A stretch of 64,000 nucleotides of DNA from Geosiphon pyriformis uo1 (Eukaryota > Fungi > Glomeromycota). Under the pieces are notes generated by a model. That model was not told the DNA's origin. It did no database searches and saw nothing but the letters and a program-made list of their open reading frames with translations. Positions within the stretch are counted from its first letter, which is position 1; each line of letters starts with the position of its first letter. Below, piece after piece: positions 28,113-39,900 of the stretch. The DNA lies in contig JAAOMT010000299.1 of assembly GCA_016748015.1 (NCBI GenBank), positions 595,090-659,089 on the forward strand, written 5' to 3'. A program made the translations under genes and the position numbers.

Positions 28113-31100
28113 ATGGCGACCACACCAGATGCAACAACTCTAGAGTATTACCAGTTAATTTACACCCACTGCAAGCAAAGATTCAACATTCCAGACAGAA
28201 TTGAAGTTGTCAAGAAATCAGTATACCAATACATTGAAAACCAACAATTATCTTTTTGAAAATTACAATATCTCAGAAGTTAGAAGCAACCTTTACAATA
28301 ATTTAGCACACTATTCACAGTTGGGAACTGAAGACCTTAACAGTGAAACACTTGCCACTTACTTTCAAGAACTTAATTTTAACATTATCAAGTACTGTGA
28401 AGAAACATATCCAGTGCAGTCTCAATACTTTATTGATTTTGAATCAGAGACAGAAACAAGCAACAAAAGCAAACACAAATTGAAGCAATACTCAAAAACC
28501 ACCCCAAATACTCTAATACTACCAAAAACAACTGCCAAACACTTACAAACACCTGAACAAGGAACCAGTTCAAAACTCCCACTCACCATCACACCTTTTC
28601 TAGCTTCACTTGCACAAACACAAACACCTAATTCACTCTTGAATTGATTTGCGAGACCAGAAGATTTTACATTACTCAGAAATCCCATCAGACAGCAAGA
28701 ACCCCTTCAAACTAATTCCAATCTTCTTGATTTTCTAGCTGAAAATCAAAGTAAACACTCTGAGACAGCAGCGAATGAAGAAAACAACTCTGAAATAACT
28801 GAAGAAGAATCAATAAACAGTGAAAATGAAGAAGACAAAATGACAGCATACATCACAAAAATCTCTGAATTTAATGAAAAAAACATTGAGACCAGTCCCC
28901 AAGAATGGCTCGACCAAGTTACTAAAGCTGGAGATGCAAATAGATGGAATGCTGCCAAAATGTTAAGAACAATTCCCTACTTTCTCAAAGGAACAGCAGG
29001 AGAATGGTTTGAAAACTTGGCCACTCCATTTAATGATTGGAACGCTTTTAAAGCAGCCTTTCTTGAACAGTTTACTGACAATAATACCTCCATCACCCTT
29101 CAAAATTGTTTTTGCAATATCAAACAAGAACCCTCCAAATCTGTTATAACTTATATTGGGAAATTCAACAAACTTCTCAGACGAATTCGCCAACTCAAAA
29201 CAAACAATTATTATTCTGATGCTCAAATCTTGGATCAATTTATCACTGGTTTAAAGGATAAACTGATTAAAAAGGTTTGCCCACATGTCCCAAAAGATTT
29301 AAACTTTGTTATTCAGCATGCAAAGAGATATGAAATGGCCATGGAAAAAGCCAATCATACAAAACTCGTGAACTTAGCCATTAGAGAAACCAGCTCAGCA
29401 GCTGAAGAGAAAATTGACCAACTTGCAAAGAAAGTCAAAAACTATTTCACCAACCAACAACAACAGCAACCCCAAAGATATCAACCATTCCAAAGATGGA
29501 ATCAAAACAACTTCACATCACCCTCTAATAACCAGCCTCAGAGTTGCCATTACTGTGGAATTCCTGGCCACTGGAAAAGAGATTGCAGAAAGCTACAATG
29601 AGACCAACAAAATAAGAGTAATCAACATTACCCTCCACTACAGCAATCTTATTATCAACTATCACCACCAGCTTACTATCTACCAAGACCCCAATATCAA
29701 AGTAACTATTATTAGCCTGCCCCACAGCCAATTTAACAGCAATACCAACAACCACCCACACAACATTATCAAGTGCCTGTTTGAAGATTAATCTTGCAAA
29801 ATCAATTTACACCACAAAACCGATACCAAGTAAACAACAATAGAATCAATTCAAACAACCAATTAGTTCCCCAAAATCCAGTTCAGTCAAGACCCACCCA
29901 TTATCATACTCAACCCAGTTATTTAACAATGCCAGAAGAACAGAATTTTCACCATACTGCACCCTCGGAAGGTAGAGCTACAGCACAACAATGAAACCCT
30001 TCTTATACTCCCACCACAATCCCACCAGCCAGAATCGCTGAAAATGCCATCCTTTTAGATATATTCCCTTTTGAGTTTGAAACAAATGAGTCACCATTCC
30101 TGCTTAGCAATGCAGCTGTCAATAAACAAAAAGCAATCATGGCTATGTACACTAAAGCAGAAGTTGAAAGAAAGACAATTTGCTTGATTCTAAATAGTGG
30201 ATCTGCCAGAAGCATTATCACCTACCAGTTAATGCAACAGTTGAAGAGAAATGTTGACTGACCAGCTCAAACAGTAATCGTCACTGCCGATGGCATGAAA
30301 AAGACTCCAGTAGGAGAAATTGACAATTTTCTGTTCACTCTTGATGGAATCACCATTCCAGTCAAAGTTCTTGTAATAAACGTGCCTCAGTACCAAGCTC
30401 TCATTGGAAATGATTGGCTTCAAAAAGCCAATGCTAATCTGAATTGGGAGACACAAGAGTTAACAATTTCCTACCAAAGACAACACGCCCGGATACCTGC
30501 TACTTGTGGTACATTCAATAAATGCTCCGAAAAAGCCCCAGCTTTTGAATTCGAACCGGAAGAAGAAAAGCCCATCATTGAAACATTTATGGCACTTGGA
30601 TTAACCTCCAATTGGGCCAATGAAACTGAACAACAGTACTTTTCAACAAATGATTCTCTTGAAACAGAAGAACCAGTGACAACCGGATAGAATGTCTCCT
30701 ATTCAAAACCAGAACCACGAAAACAACGCCCCTACATTCCACTCAAATACAAGGACTGTCACAAAAAACTCTTCTCAATGAGAGCCTGCATTTCACCTGA
30801 AGAAAAATATGAAAATCATACTTGTTATTACTACAATGCTTGTCATAAAGAATGATGGGGCCATCTAATAAAAAGAAGCAGAAAATAGGATAACACCTCT
30901 TGTTTGACTTGTGGAGATATACTACCAGAAGAATACAATTGAATTGATGTAGCAATGAGAGAAGGAGTTTGTAATCAGATCTGCCAATATGTTTTATCAA
31001 TTTCAGAAAAAGTAAAAAGAGAAACACCCTTTGATGCAGCATACAACAGTGCTCTTAACAAACTGTACCATTATCTTCATAATGCTGAGATGATTTTCGA

Positions 31101-33741
31101 CCTAGCAATGACATTAATTAATGGAGCTACCAAAGAAGATGTCCGTCAAATGAAGAAAGCAGAATACATTGAATACACTATGGAATTAGCTGGATTTGAT
31201 TACGAAGATGAAGTAAAAATCTACCACCAAATTGCAAGTCACACCTACCCAACCCAAGAAGCTCAAATTCTACGATTAGAGCAAATAAACATTAGGCTAT
31301 GTGAAGAATGCATTATGCCTTGTGATGAACAGTGGTGTCCTGAATGCTACGCTCTTAACATCCCTTTGCCCAGCAAAAGTGATGAGAACGAAATTGAATT
31401 TGGAGAACCTGAAGCAATAGAAGAAATTGAAACAACACCCATCTATCTTATCGAAAATCAGCCTGCCTTATAATTCAAATACTTCAACAACAATGGACAA
31501 GGAATAAAACCTAAAAAAGCACATGAAATTAATGCTGGATATGACCTAAGATATCCAGACAAGGATACTCTTGTTCTCAAATCCAAATCTCTCACAAAAA
31601 TCAACCTCAAAATTGCACTCAAAATCCCACCAGGAGCAATGGTTCAAATCGCCTTCCAGTCCTCTCTGGCAAGCAAAGAAATCAATGTCAAAGGAGGAAT
31701 AATTGATGCTGGATATACGGAAGACATTACAGTGATGCTTCAAAATAAAACTGACAAACCATTCAAAATCGACCATGCTGAAAAAATTGCCCAAGCTATT
31801 TACCTATCCCTAATCAACATTTTGGGTTTGCAACTAGTCAATTAAAGAGAACAATTAGGAAAAAGTGATAAAGGAATTCAAGGTTTTGGTTTAACTGGAC
31901 AATTCACAGTTTCAGTTAATATAGCTCTTAACATACAAAATGAATCCCACTAGATTCTCAGACTTCCACAACCAATTATCATCTCACCTTTTAGAGAACA
32001 TCCGGAAATCTACACCTGCTCAAAGCCAACAACCACACAACAAATTTTTGAGTCCAATGAACAAGTCTGCTTGGAACATAATATTTTGATCCCAAACATT
32101 TATATTCCAGAAGGAACAAAAAAAGTCCGAGTTACTTTTTACAATCCCAACAATTACCCCATAATTCTATTAAATAACTTAGAAATTGGAGTTATTCACA
32201 GTAACATTTTTCAACAAGAACTATCCTAAATAGTTCCCAATTTCTCAGAAATTATTGAATATTCACTACCAAAAATCAACCCAAATCCTAGCTCTGAAAA
32301 CTACCATGTTGTCATGGAAAAACTATCTCAAATCAACATAGGACAACTTGAACCACAACAACAGAGCCAGCTCAAAGAGCTAATTGCAGAATTTACTAAT
32401 ATCTTTGTTGAAAACAACAATAATTTAGGAAGAACCAATTTGGTCCAACACCAAATTTATACAGAAGATGCCAAACCAAGAAGACAACAAGCATATCAAG
32501 TTGCTTCAGAAAGCCACCAATTCATCTGAAAAGAAGTACAATAAATGCTTAACAATGGGCTTATCCAACCCTCCATGAGTCTTTGGGCTTCACCTGTAGT
32601 GCTAGTTAAAAAGAAAAATAGAAAGATACAATTTTGTGTTGACTATTGACAACTCAACAGTGTTACAATTGGAGATGCCTACCCCCTTTCCTGAATTGAT
32701 AACATGTTAGATGCCCTTGGAAAATCCAAATACTTTTCAACACTAGATTTAGAAAGTGGTTACTAGCAAGTTGCTATGGATCCCAAAGATCGCCCCAAAA
32801 CAGCATTCACCACCCAATGCAGAAATTATGAGTTCAATGTAATGCCTTTTGGATTATGCAATGTACCAGCAATGTTTCAGAGATTAATGGATGTTGTGTA
32901 CCAAGAACTTCTTTGGAAATCAGTAGTCATTTATCTTGACAATACTGATGTTTATTCTCCATCATTCGAATTACACTTAAAACACCTGTGAGAAGTTTTT
33001 CAACAATTATGAAAAACAGGACTAAAACTCAACATCAAAAAATGATATTTTGGAAAAACAAGCTTGGCCTTCCTTGGACATATTGTTAGTAAAGATAGAA
33101 TCAAACCAGATCTTGGAAAAATCAGCACTGTCAAAAATTTCAAAACTCCTTGAAACACTACAGAACTAAGAGAATTCATAGGGTTAGCCTCCTATTATCG
33201 GAAGTTTATTAAAAAATTCTCAGAAATCACAAAACCTCTCAACCAGCTTACTACCAAAAATGTCAAATACAAATGGACTGCTGAATGCCAAAATGCATTT
33301 GAAATCCTCAAAGAAAAACTAATGACAGCTCCAATTCTTGCCTACCCAGATTTCAGCAACCAATTCCGATTAGCAACAGATGCCTCTTATACTGCTTTTG
33401 GTGCTATCCTATCACAATTGGATGACAATGGAAATGAGCAAGTAATTGCCTATGCTAGCAGAACATTAAAACCAGCTGAAAAAAATTATCCAGCCACTGA
33501 ATTGAAAACAGCAGCTGTAATTTGGGCCCTACATCATTTCAACCTTTATCTTCAGCCAAAGGAATTCGATATTATCACTGATAATATTGGACTTAAATGG
33601 CTTCAGAACAAAAATACTCAGCTGAATGCAAAACAAACCTGATGGACAGGATTTCTAGCAAACTATTGATACATAGTACATCACAAACCAGGAAAACTCC
33701 ACATCAATGTTGACTGTCTCTCCAGAATGAGACAAGATTAA
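28113..33741 (+). pseudogene. GD single-frame gag-PR-Cys-rich-dUTPase-RT-RNaseH polyprotein
   Basis: ORF fragments 28201, 28840, 29794, 30295, 30955, 31639, 32314, 32776, 33322 are all in one frame; CHYCGIPGHWKRDC; LILNSGS protease; MPFGL, YLDN RT; TDAS..IAYASR RNase H. Confidence 0.92.
31480..31900 (+). other. dUTPase domain in GD pol
   Basis: Trimeric dUTPase motifs AGYDL, (R)SSLA, GIIDAGY, KIAQ, GIQGFG.TG. Confidence 0.9.
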
Positions 33742-33803
33742 AAAAAAAAACAAAAAAACAAAAACCAACACTCAGTTTAACCAACCAAAACAGCCAACAA
33801 ACA

Positions 33804-35189
33804 ATGAATTTGGAAAACTACAACAATCTCAAACAATATCTGAAAACATTAATGATCCCAACAGATTGGTCTTCAGATGAAAAACATTGACTACAACAAC
33901 AAACCAAACAATATTTTCTACACAACAACATTATTTATCATCGAAATTTCAAAAACCCAGACAAACTACTTAGATTAATACAAGAACAGTAAAAAGAGAC
34001 TATATTATACAACATGTACTCAGATCCTTCATCAGCACACTTCAGAAAAGACAGCATTATCCAAAGAACACTAGAATACTACTTTTGGCTTTGAATGAGA
34101 AAAGTTATTCACAAATATATCGAATCTTGTGATAGTTGTCAAAGAAAAGAAGAAACATGCCCTACTGAACCATTAAATCCAATCAAAGTTGGACAACCCT
34201 TCGATCGAGTTGGTATCGATTTAGTCAGACCACTATCTATTACCATTCAAGGAAACTATTATATTGCAGTAGCTGTAGATTATCTTACTAAATGGCCCAA
34301 AGCCAGAGCCATTCAATGAGCAGATGCGAAATCAGTAGCAAATTTCATCTATGAAGACATCATTTGTAGACACGGATGTCTAATTGAACTTTTATCCAAT
34401 CAGAGGACACACTTTGTGAACAACCTGATACAAAAAATTTGCGAATGATTCAATGTCAAAAGACTTCTGTCTTCATCCTACCATCCATAAACAAACGGAC
34501 TTGTAAAACGTTTTAACAAAACATTGTGTGAGTCATTAGCCAAAGTTTCAACTGATTTTGAGCAAGAGTGGGATACCTTTATTCCATCAGTATTACTAGC
34601 ATATAGAACACTAAAACAAGATACCACAAAACACACACTATTTGATTTAACTTATGGAAGGACAGCAACATTACCAATTAGTTTCATAGTGGAAACATAT
34701 CCAGTACAACCAATCAATAAAAACAATTTCCAGGAAACACTACAATGAAGAGCCTACATTCTGCTTAGCACATTGGAAGGAAAACAACGAATAGCAGCAA
34801 CTCATATTGAACATTCTCAAGCTCAACAAAAAGAAAGACATGACAACAAATTACCACCTATTATCAACGAATTTAAAGTTGGAAATAAAGTTCTCTTACA
34901 CAGAACTAAAGCTGAAAAACAATGGAGTAGAAAATTTGAAAATAAATGGGATGGACCATTCTTTATCCATGAAATTCTAGGCAACAGATCATACAAGCTA
35001 AGACTTGATGATAAAATCCTAGCAAAAGTTGCACATGGAGATCATTTGAAACACTATAATTCCAGAAACAATCCTGAACCATTAATTCCACAAATTGGTA
35101 TACATTTTTTTTTAATCAATCCCAAAAATATTCCCTGGAATTTAGAACCAATAGTTGTCATTAAACAACCTCCCAACTTGAACACTTAA
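33804..35189 (+). pseudogene. GD integrase (stand-alone ORF)
   Basis: ATG 33804 in frame with 34095, 34524, 34773; CDSCQR; GIDLV; KWDGPF; no chromodomain. Confidence 0.92.
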
Positions 35190-35310
35190 TTTAAATTTAT
35201 TATTATAGTTATCTTCTTAATTTAGAAACAATCTCACAAAAACAAAACAAAAATAACATAAAAACCCATACACCAAAAATAATTTTCTTTTATTTTTCAA
35301 ATTTTTTATA

Positions 35311-36030
35311 ATGACTATTCTTTAAAACATTTAACAATTATCCCAAAAACTAATGTTAGCTTTAAAAACAATACCTGAATTATCTATTACTGTTACTGGA
35401 AACCACATTAATTATACCCAAACAGAAGTAGTCACAAATTTAGCCCCAAATTCACGAAAATATCACCCATATAAGAAGAATACAAGAAATTATTCTGGAA
35501 TTCACCTGCCAGAACTTTTAAAGCTTGCTTTAAAAGAAAACTTAATGCTCATTTCTATTAGTATTCCACCAAATGCTACTATTCAACAAAAACTTCAACT
35601 GTGTCTTAATGAAAAAAACTACAACTATATTCCAATATATAGATATTTCTACATTGGAAAAACACTTCATGAACAAAAACAGGAGCTTACAGCAGCAAAT
35701 CTCACAAAAGAAGCTATTTGAAAACAACTCCACAATGAATTCAAGACAACAGTTGGACCTACAAACATTCATTATAAACTAAGAGCTGCTTTTAGACTTT
35801 ATGACCTATTCCACATCTGTGAAAACGTCCTACAAAACCCAATTTTACAGCCTTTAAAAATTCAATACATTAAAAAGCTCACAGAACTGAAATTTCAACA
35901 ATTTTCAGACCAAATTTCTTCAATAATTTTGGATTTTTATCTGGAAATTACAGACAGTACTTGGACTTCAACAGAGCTCAGTCTTGAGGAGGAAGTTATG
36001 TTACTAGACAAAATTAGAAATATTGTTTAG
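35311..36030 (+). pseudogene. GD ORF3, unknown function, running into the 3' LTR
   Basis: ORF 35353-35721 continues in frame past a TGA: RKYHPY..YFYIGK..AFRLYDLF..IKKLTELKFQQF. Confidence 0.7.
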
Positions 36031-36986
36031 CATGAAATTACCCTTATAAATTTTATCATTAATTAACATATATTATCATTTCAAATTATCACTTATTACA
36101 TTAGCAAAATATCCAAAATTATCATTTAATTAATAACTCAATTTGTACATAACACAAATATAACCCAATTGTGATGATCAATCATGCAATATCCCGAACT
36201 ATGTAACATTCAAAAAGTTTGCCGAAATTTGTAAGAAATTTGCCGAAATAATTGATAATTTGCCGAAATATCTAATAGTTTGCCAAAATAACTTGTAGTT
36301 TGCCAAAATGTATCTTTAGTTCAGTGAAATTATAGAAAATAGCAAAGTTTAAGTTCATAGAATAGTGTTATGACAAGTTGTATAAAAAAAGAGCTTCTTT
36401 CTTCGAGGAAATGTATCTTACTTTAGATTTAATAATTAGAATCATCTTTTACACACAAAAACAAAATAAATATCAAATAAATTTGAAAAGCCAAACTCTT
36501 AAATTATTTCCCTTAAAATTAACCAATTCCTACTAACAGTTGAAATTGATTAGCTACCAATTTCAGTAGACTGTTAAAACACTTCTAGGCCTGGATCCGA
36601 AATGACTTCTATAAATTATTAGTTTTACTTTTCTTTTACATTTCTTTTATTTTCTTTTATTTTCTTATTACAATCATTAGGATAGCTTACAGACAAGATT
36701 CCTGTAGAAGAGTTGACTTTTACAGCAAAGTAACTACACATATTTTGTGAACTTCTAAATGAGCAATTCCTGGGAAAGAGTTGACATTTACTACAATGTA
36801 ACTACATAAAATAACTGGCACGGAATTGGCCATTCTACTTATAAGCCCAGCAGTTCAAATTATAAGAGATAATTTAAAGATAAATTCAGTTACTGAAGGT
36901 TCAACCACATCCAGAAAACGTGAATTCCCAGTAAACAGATATCAACAACATTTAAAAAAAAAAGAGACCAAAAACCTCCAGTAACA
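35999..36986 (+). repeat. GD 3' LTR
   Basis: Direct repeat of 27081-28068. Confidence 0.95.
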
Positions 36987-36990
36987 ATGG

Positions 36991-39900
36991 TATAAGTATA
37001 TGATACAAGTGCTATTTTCTATCTTGACTGTTTTCCATCTCCAAATTCTTGTTTTTAGAGTAATGTTAATCCTTTGTGATCTGTATACACCTCAAACTTT
37101 TGGCTCAAGTATTCTTTCCATTTTAAAACTGCCCAATAGATTGTTAAGTGTTCTTGTTTTAGTGTTCTATAGTTTTTTTCGGCTGGTATTAGATCTTGGC
37201 TGGCATATGCTACTGGATGTTCTCTGCCGTCTGGTCTTCTCTGAGATAGTACTGCTCTCAATGCTTGGCTGGATGCATCAGTGGTGATGATGAATGGTTT
37301 GCTGTAATCTGGATAGATCAGTACTGGAGCTTGAATGAGCTTTTTTTTCAGAATATCAAAAGCTTCTTGTTGACTTTCTGTCCATTCATATTTTGTATTC
37401 TTGGTTTACAGTTGGTTGAGTGGCTGTGCTATCTTGGAAAAGTTCTTGATAAAATGTCAATAGTAGCTGGCAAATTCCAAGAATGATTTCAGTTCTATCA
37501 TATTGGTCAGCACTGGAAAGTTTTTTACTATCTTTATTTTCTCTAGATCCATTTTGATGTCGTCTTTGCTGACTATGTGTTCCAAGAATTTTAGTTCTGT
37601 CTTGCCAAAGAAGCACTTTATTGCATTTAACTTTAGTCCTGTTCTTTTTAGTCTTTTAAACACTTGTTGTAGATGATGTAGATGATTATTGAATATCTTT
37701 GAGAATATGTTGGTGTCATCTAAGTAAATAACCACTGATTTCCATAGTAAGCCAGTATACACAATTTCTATTAGCCATTGGAAAGTAGCTGGAGCGTTGG
37801 TTAAGCCAAATGGCATCACTTCAAATTCAAAATTCTCTTCTCTAGTAGTGAATGCCATCTTCTTTTTGTCAGCTGGATCCATGGCTACTTGCCAGTAACC
37901 ACTGTCTAAGTCTAATGTTGAGAACCATTTGTTCCTACTGAAAGTGTCGAATAATTTCTATATTCGTGGAGTTGGATAGCTGTCTCCACGAATTATGCCA
38001 TTGAGTTTCCTGTAGTCCACACAAAATCGGATTTTGCTATTTTTCTTATGGACAAGTACCACTGGTGACGACCAGGGGCTTATTGATAGTTAAATTAGCC
38101 CATTGTTAAGCATTCAGTTTATTTCTTGACGAATAATCTCGTGGCTGGCTGGTGGCACTCTGTATGCTCTTTGTTTAATTGGCATTGCATCTCCAGTCTT
38201 GATTTGATGCTGGATGATATTGGTTTGGCCAAACTCATTTTTGCTGACAAAAATGTTGTTGAACTGGTTGAGCAACATCTTAAGCTGCATACGTTGGAGT
38301 GAATCTAAGTTTCCCATGTTTATTTGTTCCAATTGTTCTGGTTGGAGCAAATAACATTTGCTTCATCTATATATTGTTTGTGATATAATATCAACATATC
38401 CACAAAGCTGTGGAAAGTTTGGAATGGTACTTGGTAGTTGATTTTCTATTTCTGTAGTCAAATATTCAATGGTGGTTCTTTCTGGTATCTGGACAATACT
38501 TCCAGTGTTGTTGTAGATGGGAATTTTTATGCGGCTATTTTTTTTGGCTGGTATGTGAAGATTAATAAGTCCAATCTCTCCTGACTTGTAAAGACTTGCT
38601 TCTGCTTCAAAAATTTGGTTTTGATCCTTTACCTTTCTCTTTATTTCTACCATGTATTGGTTATATGGTAAAATAGAAATTGCTTGACCAGTTGAGATAA
38701 ATTCTCTTTGGCCAACAATTTTTTCTTCTGCCATATTAATTAGTACATCTATTCTACCCATTGATCCAAATCCCTGTATCCTTTTAGCTGTTATCCCTAA
38801 TTCTTCTCTATTTTCTACTAATACTAACTGAGTTATTTTCACCAGAAGCAGGAATATTGCTTGTGTTATTCTTTCATTTGGCTCTATAACATAGGTCTTT
38901 TCTGAGTCATTTTGTAGCATAACAATGATATTTCCTATGTATTCTGTGTTAATTATTTCTCCTCTGATGTTTATTCCTTTTTTTGCTAAACTACTCCTGG
39001 ATGCTAGTTGAACCATTGTTGTTGCTGAAATTTTTAAAACTACTTTCAGATCAATGTAGGTGTGTGAATGTGGTTTCAATTTGATGGCCTCTTTTCCAGG
39101 ATATCTCAGATCAAATCTGGTATCCGTATTATGCACGCATTCTGGCATAATATCTTCATTGTTATTGCTAAACCATTTAAGTTCCTGCTCCTTGGTGAGG
39201 TCAAAAATTGCAATATATTGTTCATAGTTTAAATCGGAGTTTAAATCTAAGTTGGAATCGTTATCATTGTTAATTCTATTTTGAACAGAGCTGGAACTAG
39301 TGTTTTTGTCATCGTCCTTGTCAGAGTTTGAATCAAAATTGAAAATTGATTCTGATTCCAATGTGCAGCTGCTGATTGGTTCTTCCTCTTCAGAGATTGT
39401 GTAGATTATACATGGTGGTGGATTGTAAATAAGATCACACTTATTGCAATACTGAAAGTCACATGGGATCAAACAGTGGTCATATAGTCAGGTGTTTATT
39501 TCTTCTAATCTTTGTTCCTGCTCTTCTCTGGTGGGTGCTAAGTTCTGATAGTGTTCATGGAATTCTTCTGGGCTGTTTTCTAAGTTGAAAAAAGCATCTG
39601 GGTTGAGAACCAAAACAATGTTTGTTGGTTCTGGAGGGTTGTTCTTGATCTCCAGAATTTTACTAGGCAAAGTGCCTTCTACTTTGGCATTGGCCATTCA
39701 CCAGATTTCATCTTTGTCATGTGGGTAACTTTCTAAGTGAGAAATCACTCAGTGTTAGACAGCTGTTATGGGCATGCCACAACTCACCCAATTACTAATG
39801 AGGATTATGTATTGGCACGAAACATCACATGTTCCTCTTCGACCAGGAATGTTGTTCCATATTCCTTCGTCAAGTAACTGTTGGCCACAAGTGAGACATG

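Larger units (their letters stand above)
27081..36986 (+). mobile_element. Ty3/Gypsy family GD element inserted into GC RNase H
   Basis: 988-bp LTRs 27081-28068 and 35999-36986; TSD ATAG/ATGG; PBS TGGTG at 28071; PPT GAGGAGGAAG before 35999. Confidence 0.95.

Noticed and set aside
35311-36030. Envelope gene
   Set aside because: Too short, with no signal peptide, transmembrane segment or evident furin/fusion motif
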